Made by a program: the position numbers and the translations under genes. 64,000 nucleotides of DNA from an uncultured Candidatus Binatia bacterium (GTDB lineage Bacteria > Desulfobacterota > Binatia > UBA9968 > JAJDTQ01): contig OZ219754.1 in the NCBI GenBank assembly GCA_964291295.2, positions 2,496,001 through 2,560,000 of the forward strand, written 5' to 3'. Below, one piece after another: positions 30,061-38,981 of the stretch. A model generated the notes under the pieces. The model made no database searches. It saw only the letters and a list, made by a program, of their open reading frames with translations, and was not told where the DNA came from. Each line of letters begins with the position of its first letter. Positions within the stretch are counted from its first letter, which is position 1.

Positions 30061-31251
30061 TTACAACTCGGCGGCCTGTCTCAGGCTGGCGATCATCGAG
30101 ATTCGCAACAGGTACTCGTAGGACTTCCCGGGGTCGGCGGCGGTCTCCCGCATGATGCGGCGGAACTCCCGCTGCTGCTTGGAGTCGCGGCTTTCCAGGT
30201 TGAGCTTGTTGCGGGTGGAGTGGACATTGGCGTACTCCAGGGCGATGGGCCGGCGCTGCCGCTCGTAGCCGTCGAGTTCCGAGTCCGGCGCTTCTTCGTG
30301 CCACACGCGGACGAGCCTTGCGGCGAGGTTGTAGCCGTCGTGGATGCCGCCGTTCATGCCCATGCCGCCCAGCGGGTTGTTGATGTGGGCCGCGTCGCCG
30401 GCGAGGAACGCTCGCCCCTGGCGGTAGCGCGCCGCCACCCGCTGGTGGACCGGGTAGAGAGTCCGATGGCGTACGGGGAAGGGGCGTCCCGTGGGCAGCA
30501 CCCGCTGGAGCCGCCGCTCCACGCTGGCGTCGCTCAACACCTCATCGTCGCTCTCGTCCGGCCGCGTGGGGAACATCACGCGCCACAGTCCCGGCACCCG
30601 CAGCAGGAAGAACCACTCTTCCGGGTCCGCGAAATAGCTTACCGGCGCGAGCCGGTCGAAGTGGCGGTCCAGGGGGAAGGGGGTGCTCACCACCAGAAAA
30701 CGCTCCGGCCAGGTGAAGCCGTCGAAGGGGATGCCCAGGGACTTGCGGACATTGCTCCGGGCGCCGTCGGCGCCCACCAGGAAACGGCCCTCGAAGCGCC
30801 GGGCGGCGCTGCCCTGTCCAACCACCGCGGTAACCGATGTCCCGGCGTTCTCCACCCCGGTCACTTCGCTGGCGAAGCGCACTTCGGCCCCGGGCAGGGT
30901 CACGAGCTTCTCGTACAGCAGCCGGTTGAGCTTGAACTGCTCGCACTGGAGCCGGTAGGGGTGCGCCGTGGCGTCGGCGATCTGTCCGAAGTCGAACTCC
31001 GCGATGCAGCCGGCCCGATCGCGGTACTGGAGCGTGGGTGCCTTGAGCCCCAGGGCGAGAAAGGCATCCAGTACCCCGGTGGACTCGAGCATGTCCAGGG
31101 TGGGAGGATGAAAGGTGGAGGCCCGCAACGTTTCCGGCAGTTCCGGCGCCCCCTCGAACACGGTCACGGGCACGTCGTGCCGGGCCAGATGCAGGGCCAC
31201 CACCAACCCCACGGGACCGGCTCCCGCCACCAGCACGCGGTCCGCGTTCAT
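30061..31251 (-). CDS. FAD-dependent monooxygenase (MhpA-like)
   Basis: GAGPVG, GADGARS, GDAAHINNPLGGMGMNGG. Confidence 0.92.
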   Translation of the reverse strand: MNADRVLVAGAGPVGLVVALHLARHDVPVTVFEGAPELPETLRASTFHPPTLDMLESTGVLDAFLALGLKAPTLQYRDRAGCIAEFDFGQIADATAHPYRLQCEQFKLNRLLYEKLVTLPGAEVRFASEVTGVENAGTSVTAVVGQGSAARRFEGRFLVGADGARSNVRKSLGIPFDGFTWPERFLVVSTPFPLDRHFDRLAPVSYFADPEEWFFLLRVPGLWRVMFPTRPDESDDEVLSDASVERRLQRVLPTGRPFPVRHRTLYPVHQRVAARYRQGRAFLAGDAAHINNPLGGMGMNGGIHDGYNLAARLVRVWHEEAPDSELDGYERQRRPIALEYANVHSTRNKLNLESRDSKQQREFRRIMRETAADPGKSYEYLLRISMIASLRQAAEL

Positions 31252-31281
31252 GTCATCGGCCCGCCCGTGCCGTCGCCGTTG

Positions 31282-32241
31282 CTACCGGAAATGCGGCATC
31301 ACGTGGGTGGTGCATACGTCCAGGTGCTGGAACGGATCCTTGGCGGCGAAGCGGACGATGAATGTCTGGATCCCGGCTTCGGCATAAGCGTTGATGAAGT
31401 CCACCACCTCGTTGGTCCCGCCGGCCTTGACCACGAGTTGCGCCGCCACCTGCTCGTAGGTCTTGTGGTAGTAGGCCTCCAGGAACGCGGCCCCCTCCCG
31501 GCGCGCCTTGTCGCCGTCCGGGTCCATATGAATGGTGAGATAGAGACAGCGGCGGATGTCGCCGGGATTGCGTCCGGCGTCGCTGGCGAAGTCTTCCATC
31601 TTCTTCTGCGACTCCCGGAACACCGTGAGCGACGGAATGTTGGTGATCCACGCATCGCCGTACAGGGCGGCGCGCCTCAGACCGGTATCCACATCGTTGC
31701 TGGACACCCACACGGGGACGCCGGGCCGCTGCACCGGCTTGGGCAGGAGCGAGAGGTTCTCGATGGTGTAGTACTTGTTGGGATGGGTCACGTTGTCCCC
31801 GGCCCACAGGAGCTTCATGATCCTGAGCACCTGGCTCAGGCGGCCGGCCTTCTGGTTGAAGGGGACGCCGCAGGCCGTGTACTCCTCCTCGAACATCTTG
31901 TCGTTGCGGGATACACCCACGCCGCAGATCAACCGCCCGCCGCACAACACGTCGACACTGGCCAGGGCCTGGGCCAGCACCACCGGGTTGCGCATGGCCG
32001 CCAGCAGCACCGCGGTGCCGATCCTGACCCGTTCGGTCTTCACCGCCAGCGCGCCCAGGGTGCTGATGACCTCAAGCCGCGACTTGGCGGTCACGCTGTC
32101 GCCGATCCACACCGAGTCGTAGCCGGCCTCCTCCACCGCCGTGGCGAGGTTGAAGATGGGGCTCAGGTCCGGGACCGCGGTCTTGGCCAGGATCACGCCG
32201 CGGGTGGGCAACAGGATGCCAAAGCCGAGTCTTTTCGTCAT
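31282..32241 (-). CDS. LLM-class flavin-dependent oxidoreductase
   Basis: GYDSVWIGDS, RNPVVLA, GGRLICGVG, PKPVQ. Confidence 0.9.
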   Translation of the reverse strand: MTKRLGFGILLPTRGVILAKTAVPDLSPIFNLATAVEEAGYDSVWIGDSVTAKSRLEVISTLGALAVKTERVRIGTAVLLAAMRNPVVLAQALASVDVLCGGRLICGVGVSRNDKMFEEEYTACGVPFNQKAGRLSQVLRIMKLLWAGDNVTHPNKYYTIENLSLLPKPVQRPGVPVWVSSNDVDTGLRRAALYGDAWITNIPSLTVFRESQKKMEDFASDAGRNPGDIRRCLYLTIHMDPDGDKARREGAAFLEAYYHKTYEQVAAQLVVKAGGTNEVVDFINAYAEAGIQTFIVRFAAKDPFQHLDVCTTHVMPHFR

Positions 32242-32297
32242 GGGGTTTCTCCTGATGATTTTCCGGGCAGGTATTCCCCGCCAAGGCCCGCCAGGCT

Positions 32298-33821
32298 TCA
32301 GAAACGGAGGAACAGTTCGTCGGCGCCTTCGCTGGTGAGTTGCGAGAGGGTCGTGATCCGGTCGCTGAATTCCTTGAGCGTTCCCGGGGAGCTTTGACCC
32401 ACGTCGATGAGAATGGAGAAGAGCGAGAAGCCGAGCCGGTCCTTCTCCCCGAGGAACCGTTCCGACCACTCTGCCGACACCTGGCACTCACCATCCGTGA
32501 TGAAAACGATATCTCCCTTCTTGTAACGTGATTTTCCGAGGCACTCCAGGGCCGCGTCCAGAGGCTTCTCGAAGTCGGTGCCGCCGCCGGGAAAGTGCGA
32601 CGCCAGATCCATGAGCCTGTCGGGCTCGATGGCCGCGCCCCGGCGGGTGGTCATGTCGAGGATGTGCAGGTCGGTCTCCCTGGACGAAAAGCAGATGGAA
32701 CGGAACGGCCGGCGTTGGCGCCGCGTCAGGTCCAGCAGTGTCAGCGTCACGGCCTTGGACCACAGCTCCTTGTCTCCGGCCATGGAGGAGCTGCCGTCGA
32801 GGCACACCACCACCGGGCCCTTGCGCCGCTCCTCCATGCCCCGGAGACTGTACTGCAGCAGCTCCCGCTCCAGCAGCCGCCGCCGGAAGTCCCGGCGCAG
32901 CAACGGGTGGCGCAGCGTCACCAGCTCCTGGGGCAGCAGACGATCCAGGGCGCCCCCCTGCTCCACCGCATGGAGCTCATCGTTGGCCCGCTCGAAGGTA
33001 CGCCTGCGCAACGCCAGGGCATGGGACTTCATCCGGCCCACCATGCGGATGAGTTTCTTGAGCTTGTCGTTGCCGGCCAGCCGCCGCCCCAGTTCGAGCC
33101 TCCGGTCCGGGGGCAGGCGCCCCCCGGAACCCAGTGCGGAGCCCCACTGCTCGGCTTCCTCGGAGGCTTCCTCCAGTTTCCGGGCGGCGCGGACGGCCGA
33201 AGCCCGCACCCGTGCCCGAGCCTCGTCCTGGACGCGCTCCAGCTCCTCGACCCACTGGCGCCGCCCGTGCCGGATTGAGGCGGCGTGGCCCCGCAGCCTG
33301 CTCCGGAGTCGCTCCGCCAAGGCTTCGAGGGCCTCCTCCCTGCCGGCGCCGTCTTCCTGCCCGCCCAGTTCGGCGGCATGACGCAGGGTCTCGCGGGTCT
33401 GCCGGAAATCCTCCTCCTGCCGGTGCAGCTTCCAGGCGTCCATCATGTCGTGGCGCGTCCACGGCCTTTCGGACTTGAGCATGGCCAGGAGCCCTTCGCC
33501 CACCAGCAGCGTGCACAGGCCGGCCCTGGCCTCGTCGAGCAGCGTCATCTCCCGCAGGATCCGGCTCACCTCGCCGTCGTGCAGCGCGGTGAGAAGGGTC
33601 CGGTTGACCGCCGCGCTGGGGAGCACGTCGGACTCGTCGGCGAAGACGATGTTGTACTTGAACAGCAGGCGGAAGATGTCCTGCAGCAGCGACGGGAAGT
33701 GGGGCAGGAGGGTCTGGCCGGCGCGTTCCAGTTCCCGCAGGCTGGCCGCGTCCCGGCGCAGCAGTCCGTAGGCATGGCGGTCGTAACGGTCGCCCTCGAT
33801 CCAGTTGGCGTTGTCGGGCAT
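32298..33821 (-). CDS. VWA-domain protein (ViaA-like partner of MoxR ATPase)
   Basis: MIDAS DGSSSM, GGTDF, ITDG; KGPVVVCLD. Confidence 0.88.
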   Translation of the reverse strand: MPDNANWIEGDRYDRHAYGLLRRDAASLRELERAGQTLLPHFPSLLQDIFRLLFKYNIVFADESDVLPSAAVNRTLLTALHDGEVSRILREMTLLDEARAGLCTLLVGEGLLAMLKSERPWTRHDMMDAWKLHRQEEDFRQTRETLRHAAELGGQEDGAGREEALEALAERLRSRLRGHAASIRHGRRQWVEELERVQDEARARVRASAVRAARKLEEASEEAEQWGSALGSGGRLPPDRRLELGRRLAGNDKLKKLIRMVGRMKSHALALRRRTFERANDELHAVEQGGALDRLLPQELVTLRHPLLRRDFRRRLLERELLQYSLRGMEERRKGPVVVCLDGSSSMAGDKELWSKAVTLTLLDLTRRQRRPFRSICFSSRETDLHILDMTTRRGAAIEPDRLMDLASHFPGGGTDFEKPLDAALECLGKSRYKKGDIVFITDGECQVSAEWSERFLGEKDRLGFSLFSILIDVGQSSPGTLKEFSDRITTLSQLTSEGADELFLRF

Positions 33822-33868
33822 TTCCGGCGGCGGTGCCGCGGGCTTCTTGCCGGAAGCGCGGCGGGCCA

Positions 33869-34987
33869 CTACAGGCCCTCCAGCAGGCGCTTCTGGATGG
33901 TCCGGACCTCGTCCCGCACCTCTTCCAACCGGGCCGCGGGCCGGTCCGCGTCGGCGGCCTTCTCCATGATCTGTTCGATCCTGGCGAGGAGGTTGCGGAG
34001 CTTGGCATGGGCCTCGATGAGAGCCTGGGAACGCAGCTCCTGGGTGTCCCAGGGGCGTTGCGCATATTCTCCGATCTCCCGGGCCTGGTACAGGAGCTCC
34101 CGGGCCTCCTGCTCGTGGCCGAGCACGGTCTCCCTGAGGATGGAGGCGACTTCGGCATGCTCGGACGGTTCCCGCCACAGGACATGCTCCAGGAACAGGA
34201 GGCTCCGATCCGAGACTTGGGCGTCCCCCGCCAGGTACGAATGCGCCTTCATGAGTGCCAGGGACTGGCGGTAGCGCCGGTCGGAGGCGACGATCTGCTT
34301 CCTGCCGAGCTGCCGGCGGACCTCGGCCATGGCCCTGGGGACGTGGCCGGGGACCGGTTGCGCCTCCGCCTCGCCTTGCATGGCGTTGAGTTCCGCCAGG
34401 GTGAGGGACACTTGGGCCGGCCGCGGCGGCGCCTCCAGCATGCGCAGGAAACGATAGTCTTCCTGGATGTAGTCCACCACGAAGCGGAGCAGGAAGCGGT
34501 CGTACAGCGCCGTCAGCTCGTCGTCCTCGGGAAGCTCGTTGCTGGCGCCGAACAGGGTGATGAGCGGCACATCGTGAACGTGCTGGCCATTGTGAAACCG
34601 GCGCTCGTTGATGAGGGTCAGGATCGAGTTCAGGATCGAGGAGTTGGCCTTGAAGACCTCGTCCAGAAAGGCGACGTGGGCTTCCGGGAGCTTGCGTGTG
34701 GTGACGCGCCGGTAATCGTCCCGCTCCAGCCCCTTGAGGCTCACCGCGCCGAACAACTCTTCCGGAGCGGTGAACCGGGTCAACAGCCACTGGAAGTAGC
34801 CGGCGCCCTCAATGCGCCGGCACAGTTCGTCCGCCAGCATCGATTTGGCCGTGCCCGGCGGGCCGATGATGAGCAGATTCTGAGCCGACAGCAGGGCCGC
34901 GAGCGCACCGTCGATGAGTTCGCTCCGTTCCAGGAACGTCTGTTGCAACTCCTCGCGAAGCGCCAGCAGTTTTTCCTTCGCCGTCAT
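33869..34987 (-). CDS. MoxR/RavA family AAA+ ATPase
   Basis: GPPGTAKS, FLDEVFKANSSILNSIL, ASNELP, ALYDRF. Confidence 0.92.
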   Translation of the reverse strand: MTAKEKLLALREELQQTFLERSELIDGALAALLSAQNLLIIGPPGTAKSMLADELCRRIEGAGYFQWLLTRFTAPEELFGAVSLKGLERDDYRRVTTRKLPEAHVAFLDEVFKANSSILNSILTLINERRFHNGQHVHDVPLITLFGASNELPEDDELTALYDRFLLRFVVDYIQEDYRFLRMLEAPPRPAQVSLTLAELNAMQGEAEAQPVPGHVPRAMAEVRRQLGRKQIVASDRRYRQSLALMKAHSYLAGDAQVSDRSLLFLEHVLWREPSEHAEVASILRETVLGHEQEARELLYQAREIGEYAQRPWDTQELRSQALIEAHAKLRNLLARIEQIMEKAADADRPAARLEEVRDEVRTIQKRLLEGL

Positions 34988-35237
34988 GCGGGAAACCGGT
35001 CGTGCATTCGCATTGTAACACTCGATTGTAACGGACAGGGAACCCGGACCGGAAACGACGCGGCTATGGGTGGCCGTGCATCCGTCCTCCCTCGCGAACC
35101 CTGCAATCCGGCGCCGTCCATGATGACTTCAGGTGGTGCGGATTCCGCCTCCGCTGATTCCAGGTTTCCGTATGGGGCGCCTGCGCTGCTCCTACTGTCT
35201 TCCGCTCAATCCGGCATCCGAACAGAGCGTCTTTCCC

Positions 35238-36485
35238 TCAAGCCTCCCAGAGCATCTTGACGGGCATCGCGAATAGTCCGGGGGCCGTGCGCTGAATCCG
35301 CTCGCCGTCGTGAAGGAGGATACCGCAGGCGAAGCTGCGGCCCACGGCCTCCTTCAGGCCCGAAGTCCGTTGAAGTCCCGGGGACGGGCCGTTGCCCCCG
35401 CCTTGACCTCGATCCCGACAATCGTGCCCGGGGAACGTTCAAGGACCAGGTCGATCTCGACGCCGTTCTTGTCGCGATAGTGGCTGACAGCCGTCGTTTC
35501 GTCCGAAAGAGCGATGGCTTTGGCGATCTCCCCGTGCACGAAACTCTCCAGAAGCGGTCCCAGTCTCTGGCGGTCCCGCGCGATATCCGCGGCGTCCGTC
35601 CGCAGCAGTGCCGCGAGCAGGCCGGAATCCAGAAACTGCAGCTTCGATGTCTTGACAAGCCGCTTCAACCGGCTGTTGTGCCAGGCGCGAATACGTCGGG
35701 TCAGGAACATGTGCTCCAGCAGGACGAGCCAGCGCCCCGCGGTCTTGCCGTCGACGCCAAGGTGCGCACCAAGGCTGGACATGTTGAGCAGCTGGCCTGC
35801 CGATACGGCCGCGTGGTCGATCAGGCGAACCATCTCGTCGCGCTTGCCGACAGGAGCGATATCCGGGACGTCGCGTTGGGCAAGCGCCCGCGTATAGGCG
35901 CGCAGCCAGGAGCGACGCCGTGTCGGGGTGGTGCGGGCAAGCGCCGCCGGAGACGATTCGCGGGATCAGACCGATGGTCGGCCCGGTTTCCTGGATGGCC
36001 GGAAAGTCGCCGGCAAAGGCCCGGTCGAGGAATCGCGGCGGGACGGAGCCGGCAATCTCGGCTTGGGAGAACGGCAGAAGATCGACGGTCTCGACGCGCC
36101 CGGCCAGTGAATCCGGAGAAATCGTGCTCCGGAACAGATCGACCGAGCCCGTGATCAGGAACCGTCCGGGGTCGGGACATTCGTCGACAATCTTCTTGAG
36201 CGCCAGGATCAGGTTCGGCGCGCGCTGGATCTCGTCGATGGCCGCACGTTGCAGCCCCCGGACGAAACCGGTGGGATCGTCCCGGGCGAACCGCCTGAAC
36301 GGGTCGTCGTCCAGCGAGACGAACGCGCGGCCGTCGTCATTGGCAACGCGGCGAGCAAGCGTTGTCTTGCCCGACTGCCGTGGCCCCACGATGGCGACAA
36401 TGCGGGTGTCGGCAAGCGCGAGGCGAACGGGCGCCTCGGCGTGCCGCGCCACATAGGTTCCGGCATGGGAGGTGTGGTTTTTCAC
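35238..36485 (-). pseudogene. AAA_14/DUF4143 ATP-binding protein, frameshifted
   Basis: GPRQSGKT, IDEIQR, DSLAGR in one frame; KRLVKTSK, DSGLL, EIDLVLE..IEVKAG in a second; last residues (MPVKMLWEA) in a third. Confidence 0.85.
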
Positions 36486-36579
36486 GGCATGTCGTCGAGG
36501 TCGGTCGTCCAATTCGGAATGGTTACCCGTTTGTTTCGGACTATATCACCGCGCCCTCCGGCGGTCACACGCCAGCCGA

Positions 36580-37272
36580 AATGCCAACCCGCGGTGGTTG
36601 ACGCAGGGCCGGCGATGGACCGGGCGCGGGAACCATCGACTTTTGCTACAAGAGCCACATCAGCGTAGACCGTGAGTTCGGCCTGATCCGGGGTTGGGAG
36701 GTGACCGATGCGGCGTGTCACGACAGCCAAGTGTTCGAGGCTGTTCTGGATGAGTCGAACACGATCGGTTCAGTCTGGGCGGACAGCGTGTATTACAGCC
36801 GAGAGTGTGGCGACGGCTGAGCGAAGGGGGGGCGCAGCCACATTCACCGCCAGAGCTACCGAAATCAACCGTTGAGTGCTTGTTCGCGGGAGACCAAACA
36901 CAAGCGCTCGAAGGTGCGAGCTGCAGTCGAACCTGTATTCGCTCAACACGAAGCCATGGGAGGCAAGCGAGTACGAATCACCGGGCTGGTCCGAGCCCGA
37001 TTCAATTTCGCGATGAATGAATCGGGTCTTCAATTTCCGTCGGCTTGCCTGGCCGCGGGGGAACCGCCGGCCGGTCTACGTGTATGCGACCCGTTGAATC
37101 ACACGGGACGAAAAACACTGCTCTATACCATAGAAAACAACATCCCCCCGGCTGCTTGAAACCCATTCCAGCCCAGCATCCCTCCGATCACTCCTTCCTT
37201 CGAATATCTGCCCCCCAATATCCTCCAACTCCCATTCCCAATACATCGGGTTTTGAGTTTCGAGAGTCTCCC
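36580..37272 (+). mobile_element. IS5-family transposase remnant
   Basis: Fragments WADSVY and KRSKVRAAVEPVFAQHEAMGGKRVRITGLVRA with stops and frameshifts; possible end TTTCGAGAGTCTCCC; boundaries approximate. Confidence 0.6.
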
Positions 37273-37433
37273 AATGGGTTATACTGGAAAGGAAGGCGGC
37301 TGGCCGTGCTTGGTTCAACGGTCAACATCATTGCGCACCGCGTTCGACATGAAATGTCGCGCTACAGATCGACCCCCCGCACCCGGAGTGTCCGAAAGCA
37401 AACTCGCCGTTCGACGCGACTTTTCGGGACGGC

Positions 37434-37473
37434 GCTTCAATGAGACCGGGGCACACGCCCTTGATGCCCCATG
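37434..37473 (-). CRISPR. Solitary degenerate type I-G-like CRISPR repeat (no array)
   Basis: Minus strand CATGGGGCATCAAGGGCGTGTGCCCCGGTCTCATTGAAGC: GGGGCA/TGCCCC hairpin followed by TCTC-ATTGAAGC; upstream of I-G cas operon. Confidence 0.6.
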
Positions 37474-37616
37474 ACGGGTGGCATAAGATGCGGCCTCAAC
37501 GGAGGTGGAGTTCGAGTTGCTTGACAGTCATCGGATGCTACCCCCTACAAACATCAGTAACGAGACGATTCCTCAAGGCACAGATGGCCCCTAATTGCAT
37601 TCGCTCTCCACATCAA

Positions 37617-38936
37617 AGCATATTCCAACAAGAAGATAGCCTATGCAGGGGGCGGCGGGAGGGTGGAGGGAGGCAGTGTGGAGGAGTTGCCTCGAGGGGG
37701 TAATCCAGGAACTGTTTTTGGGAGAGGTCTCTGTAAGAGAGAGGGTATCGGAGGGGATGCGGAAGGGAGAGGAAGTGATCAAGGGGAGGGGGAGAGTGGT
37801 CGATGGAGAGGAAGAGGGGGTCGCGGGCGGCGTTGAGGGCACGTGAGGCTTGCAGGCCGCTCATGGCGTGGGCTTGGGCGTCGAGGGTGGCGAATGAGAG
37901 GCCGGGCTTGAGAGAGACTGTGGCATCGGGCAGGGAGCGGAACTTGGCGTAGGGGGTGCAGACCTCGGCGGGGCGATAGACGCGCTGGGAGGGTAACAGA
38001 CAGGGGCGGTGGTCGTTGAGGAAGGGAGAGAGGTGCTGGCGGACGAAGGCATTGAGCAGGGGGGCGAAGCGCTGCGGGATGTGAGCACGGCCGAGGAAGC
38101 GTCGTAGGGCGTGGGCGTTCTTGCTTTCGACAAGGGCGTTGTCGGTGGAACGCCGGGGTCGGGACTTGGTGAAGTCTCGGACATGCAGCTTGTTGAGGAG
38201 TGTGGTTGATGTACTCCGAGCCATTGTCGGTATGGAAGCCGAGGATGACGAAGGGAAACAGGCCGAGCAGGGCCTCGAGCAGGGGGGCAAGGAAACGCTC
38301 GGAGATGGCAGCCACAGCGCCGACGAACTCGTACGGGGTGAGTTCGTACACGAGGTTGATGAGGTAGACGCCCTTGGCACCGTCGCGGTCGCCTCAGTGG
38401 ACGGTGTCCACGCGCAGGAAGCCGGGCCGACCGTTGGGCTGCGGGGCGCGCCGTTCGCCCACAGCCCCGCCGCCGGCACGGGTGCTGACGACGACCGTGC
38501 GTTGCCTCCGGTAGGTGCGGGGCCACGTGGATGTGTCCCGTCGAGACCCGCGCCAGTAGCCGAATGTCCGCCGGTGAGTAGACCCGCGCGAAGGGACGCC
38601 CTTGGTTGCCTTGCGTCGGTCCACGACCCGGCCGGTCTTGCGGTACGGGCGAATCAGCCGCGCGCCCGAGAGTAGTCGGTGGTCTTCTCCGGAAAGCGCT
38701 TCATCCGAGCCTTGGACGGCTTGTCCCATCCACTGTAGCCGAGCCGCACCAGGGTCCGCTTCACGAACTCGCAGGTGTCGGCCCGCTCGGTCGGGTGAAA
38801 GTCTACAGGCTCGCTCGCCTCGACGAAGGCCGCAATCTGCTCGATAGTCCCCAGGCGTTCCGTTCGAAGTGTTACGATCATCTCCTGATGATCCCCGACA
38901 TCCTTGCTTCAGGCTCACTCTGCATTGGACAAGACT
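37617..38936 (-). mobile_element. Degenerate IS with rve-type DDE transposase pseudogene (IS481/ISNCY-like), copy 1
   Basis: Fragments MIVTLRTERLGTIEQI, PGFLRVDTVH, FHTDNGSEYINH, KSRPRRSTDNALVESKN; ends shared with copy 2; flanking ATCAA duplication at 37612-37616 and 38937-38941. Confidence 0.88.
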
Positions 38937-38941
38937 ATCAA

Positions 38942-38970
38942 TTGACCAGTTCCGCAACTGGATGTATCCT
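38942..38970 (+). promoter_or_regulatory. Putative cas operon promoter with internal palindrome
   Basis: TTGACC-N17-TATCCT; CCAGTT-N4-AACTGG at 38946-38961. Confidence 0.6.
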
Positions 38971-38981
38971 GATCACGGACG

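Noticed and set aside
32298-34987. MoxR-VWA pair as part of the defence island
   Set aside because: Host-like GC and codon usage, a well-known chaperone pair, and outside the decayed region
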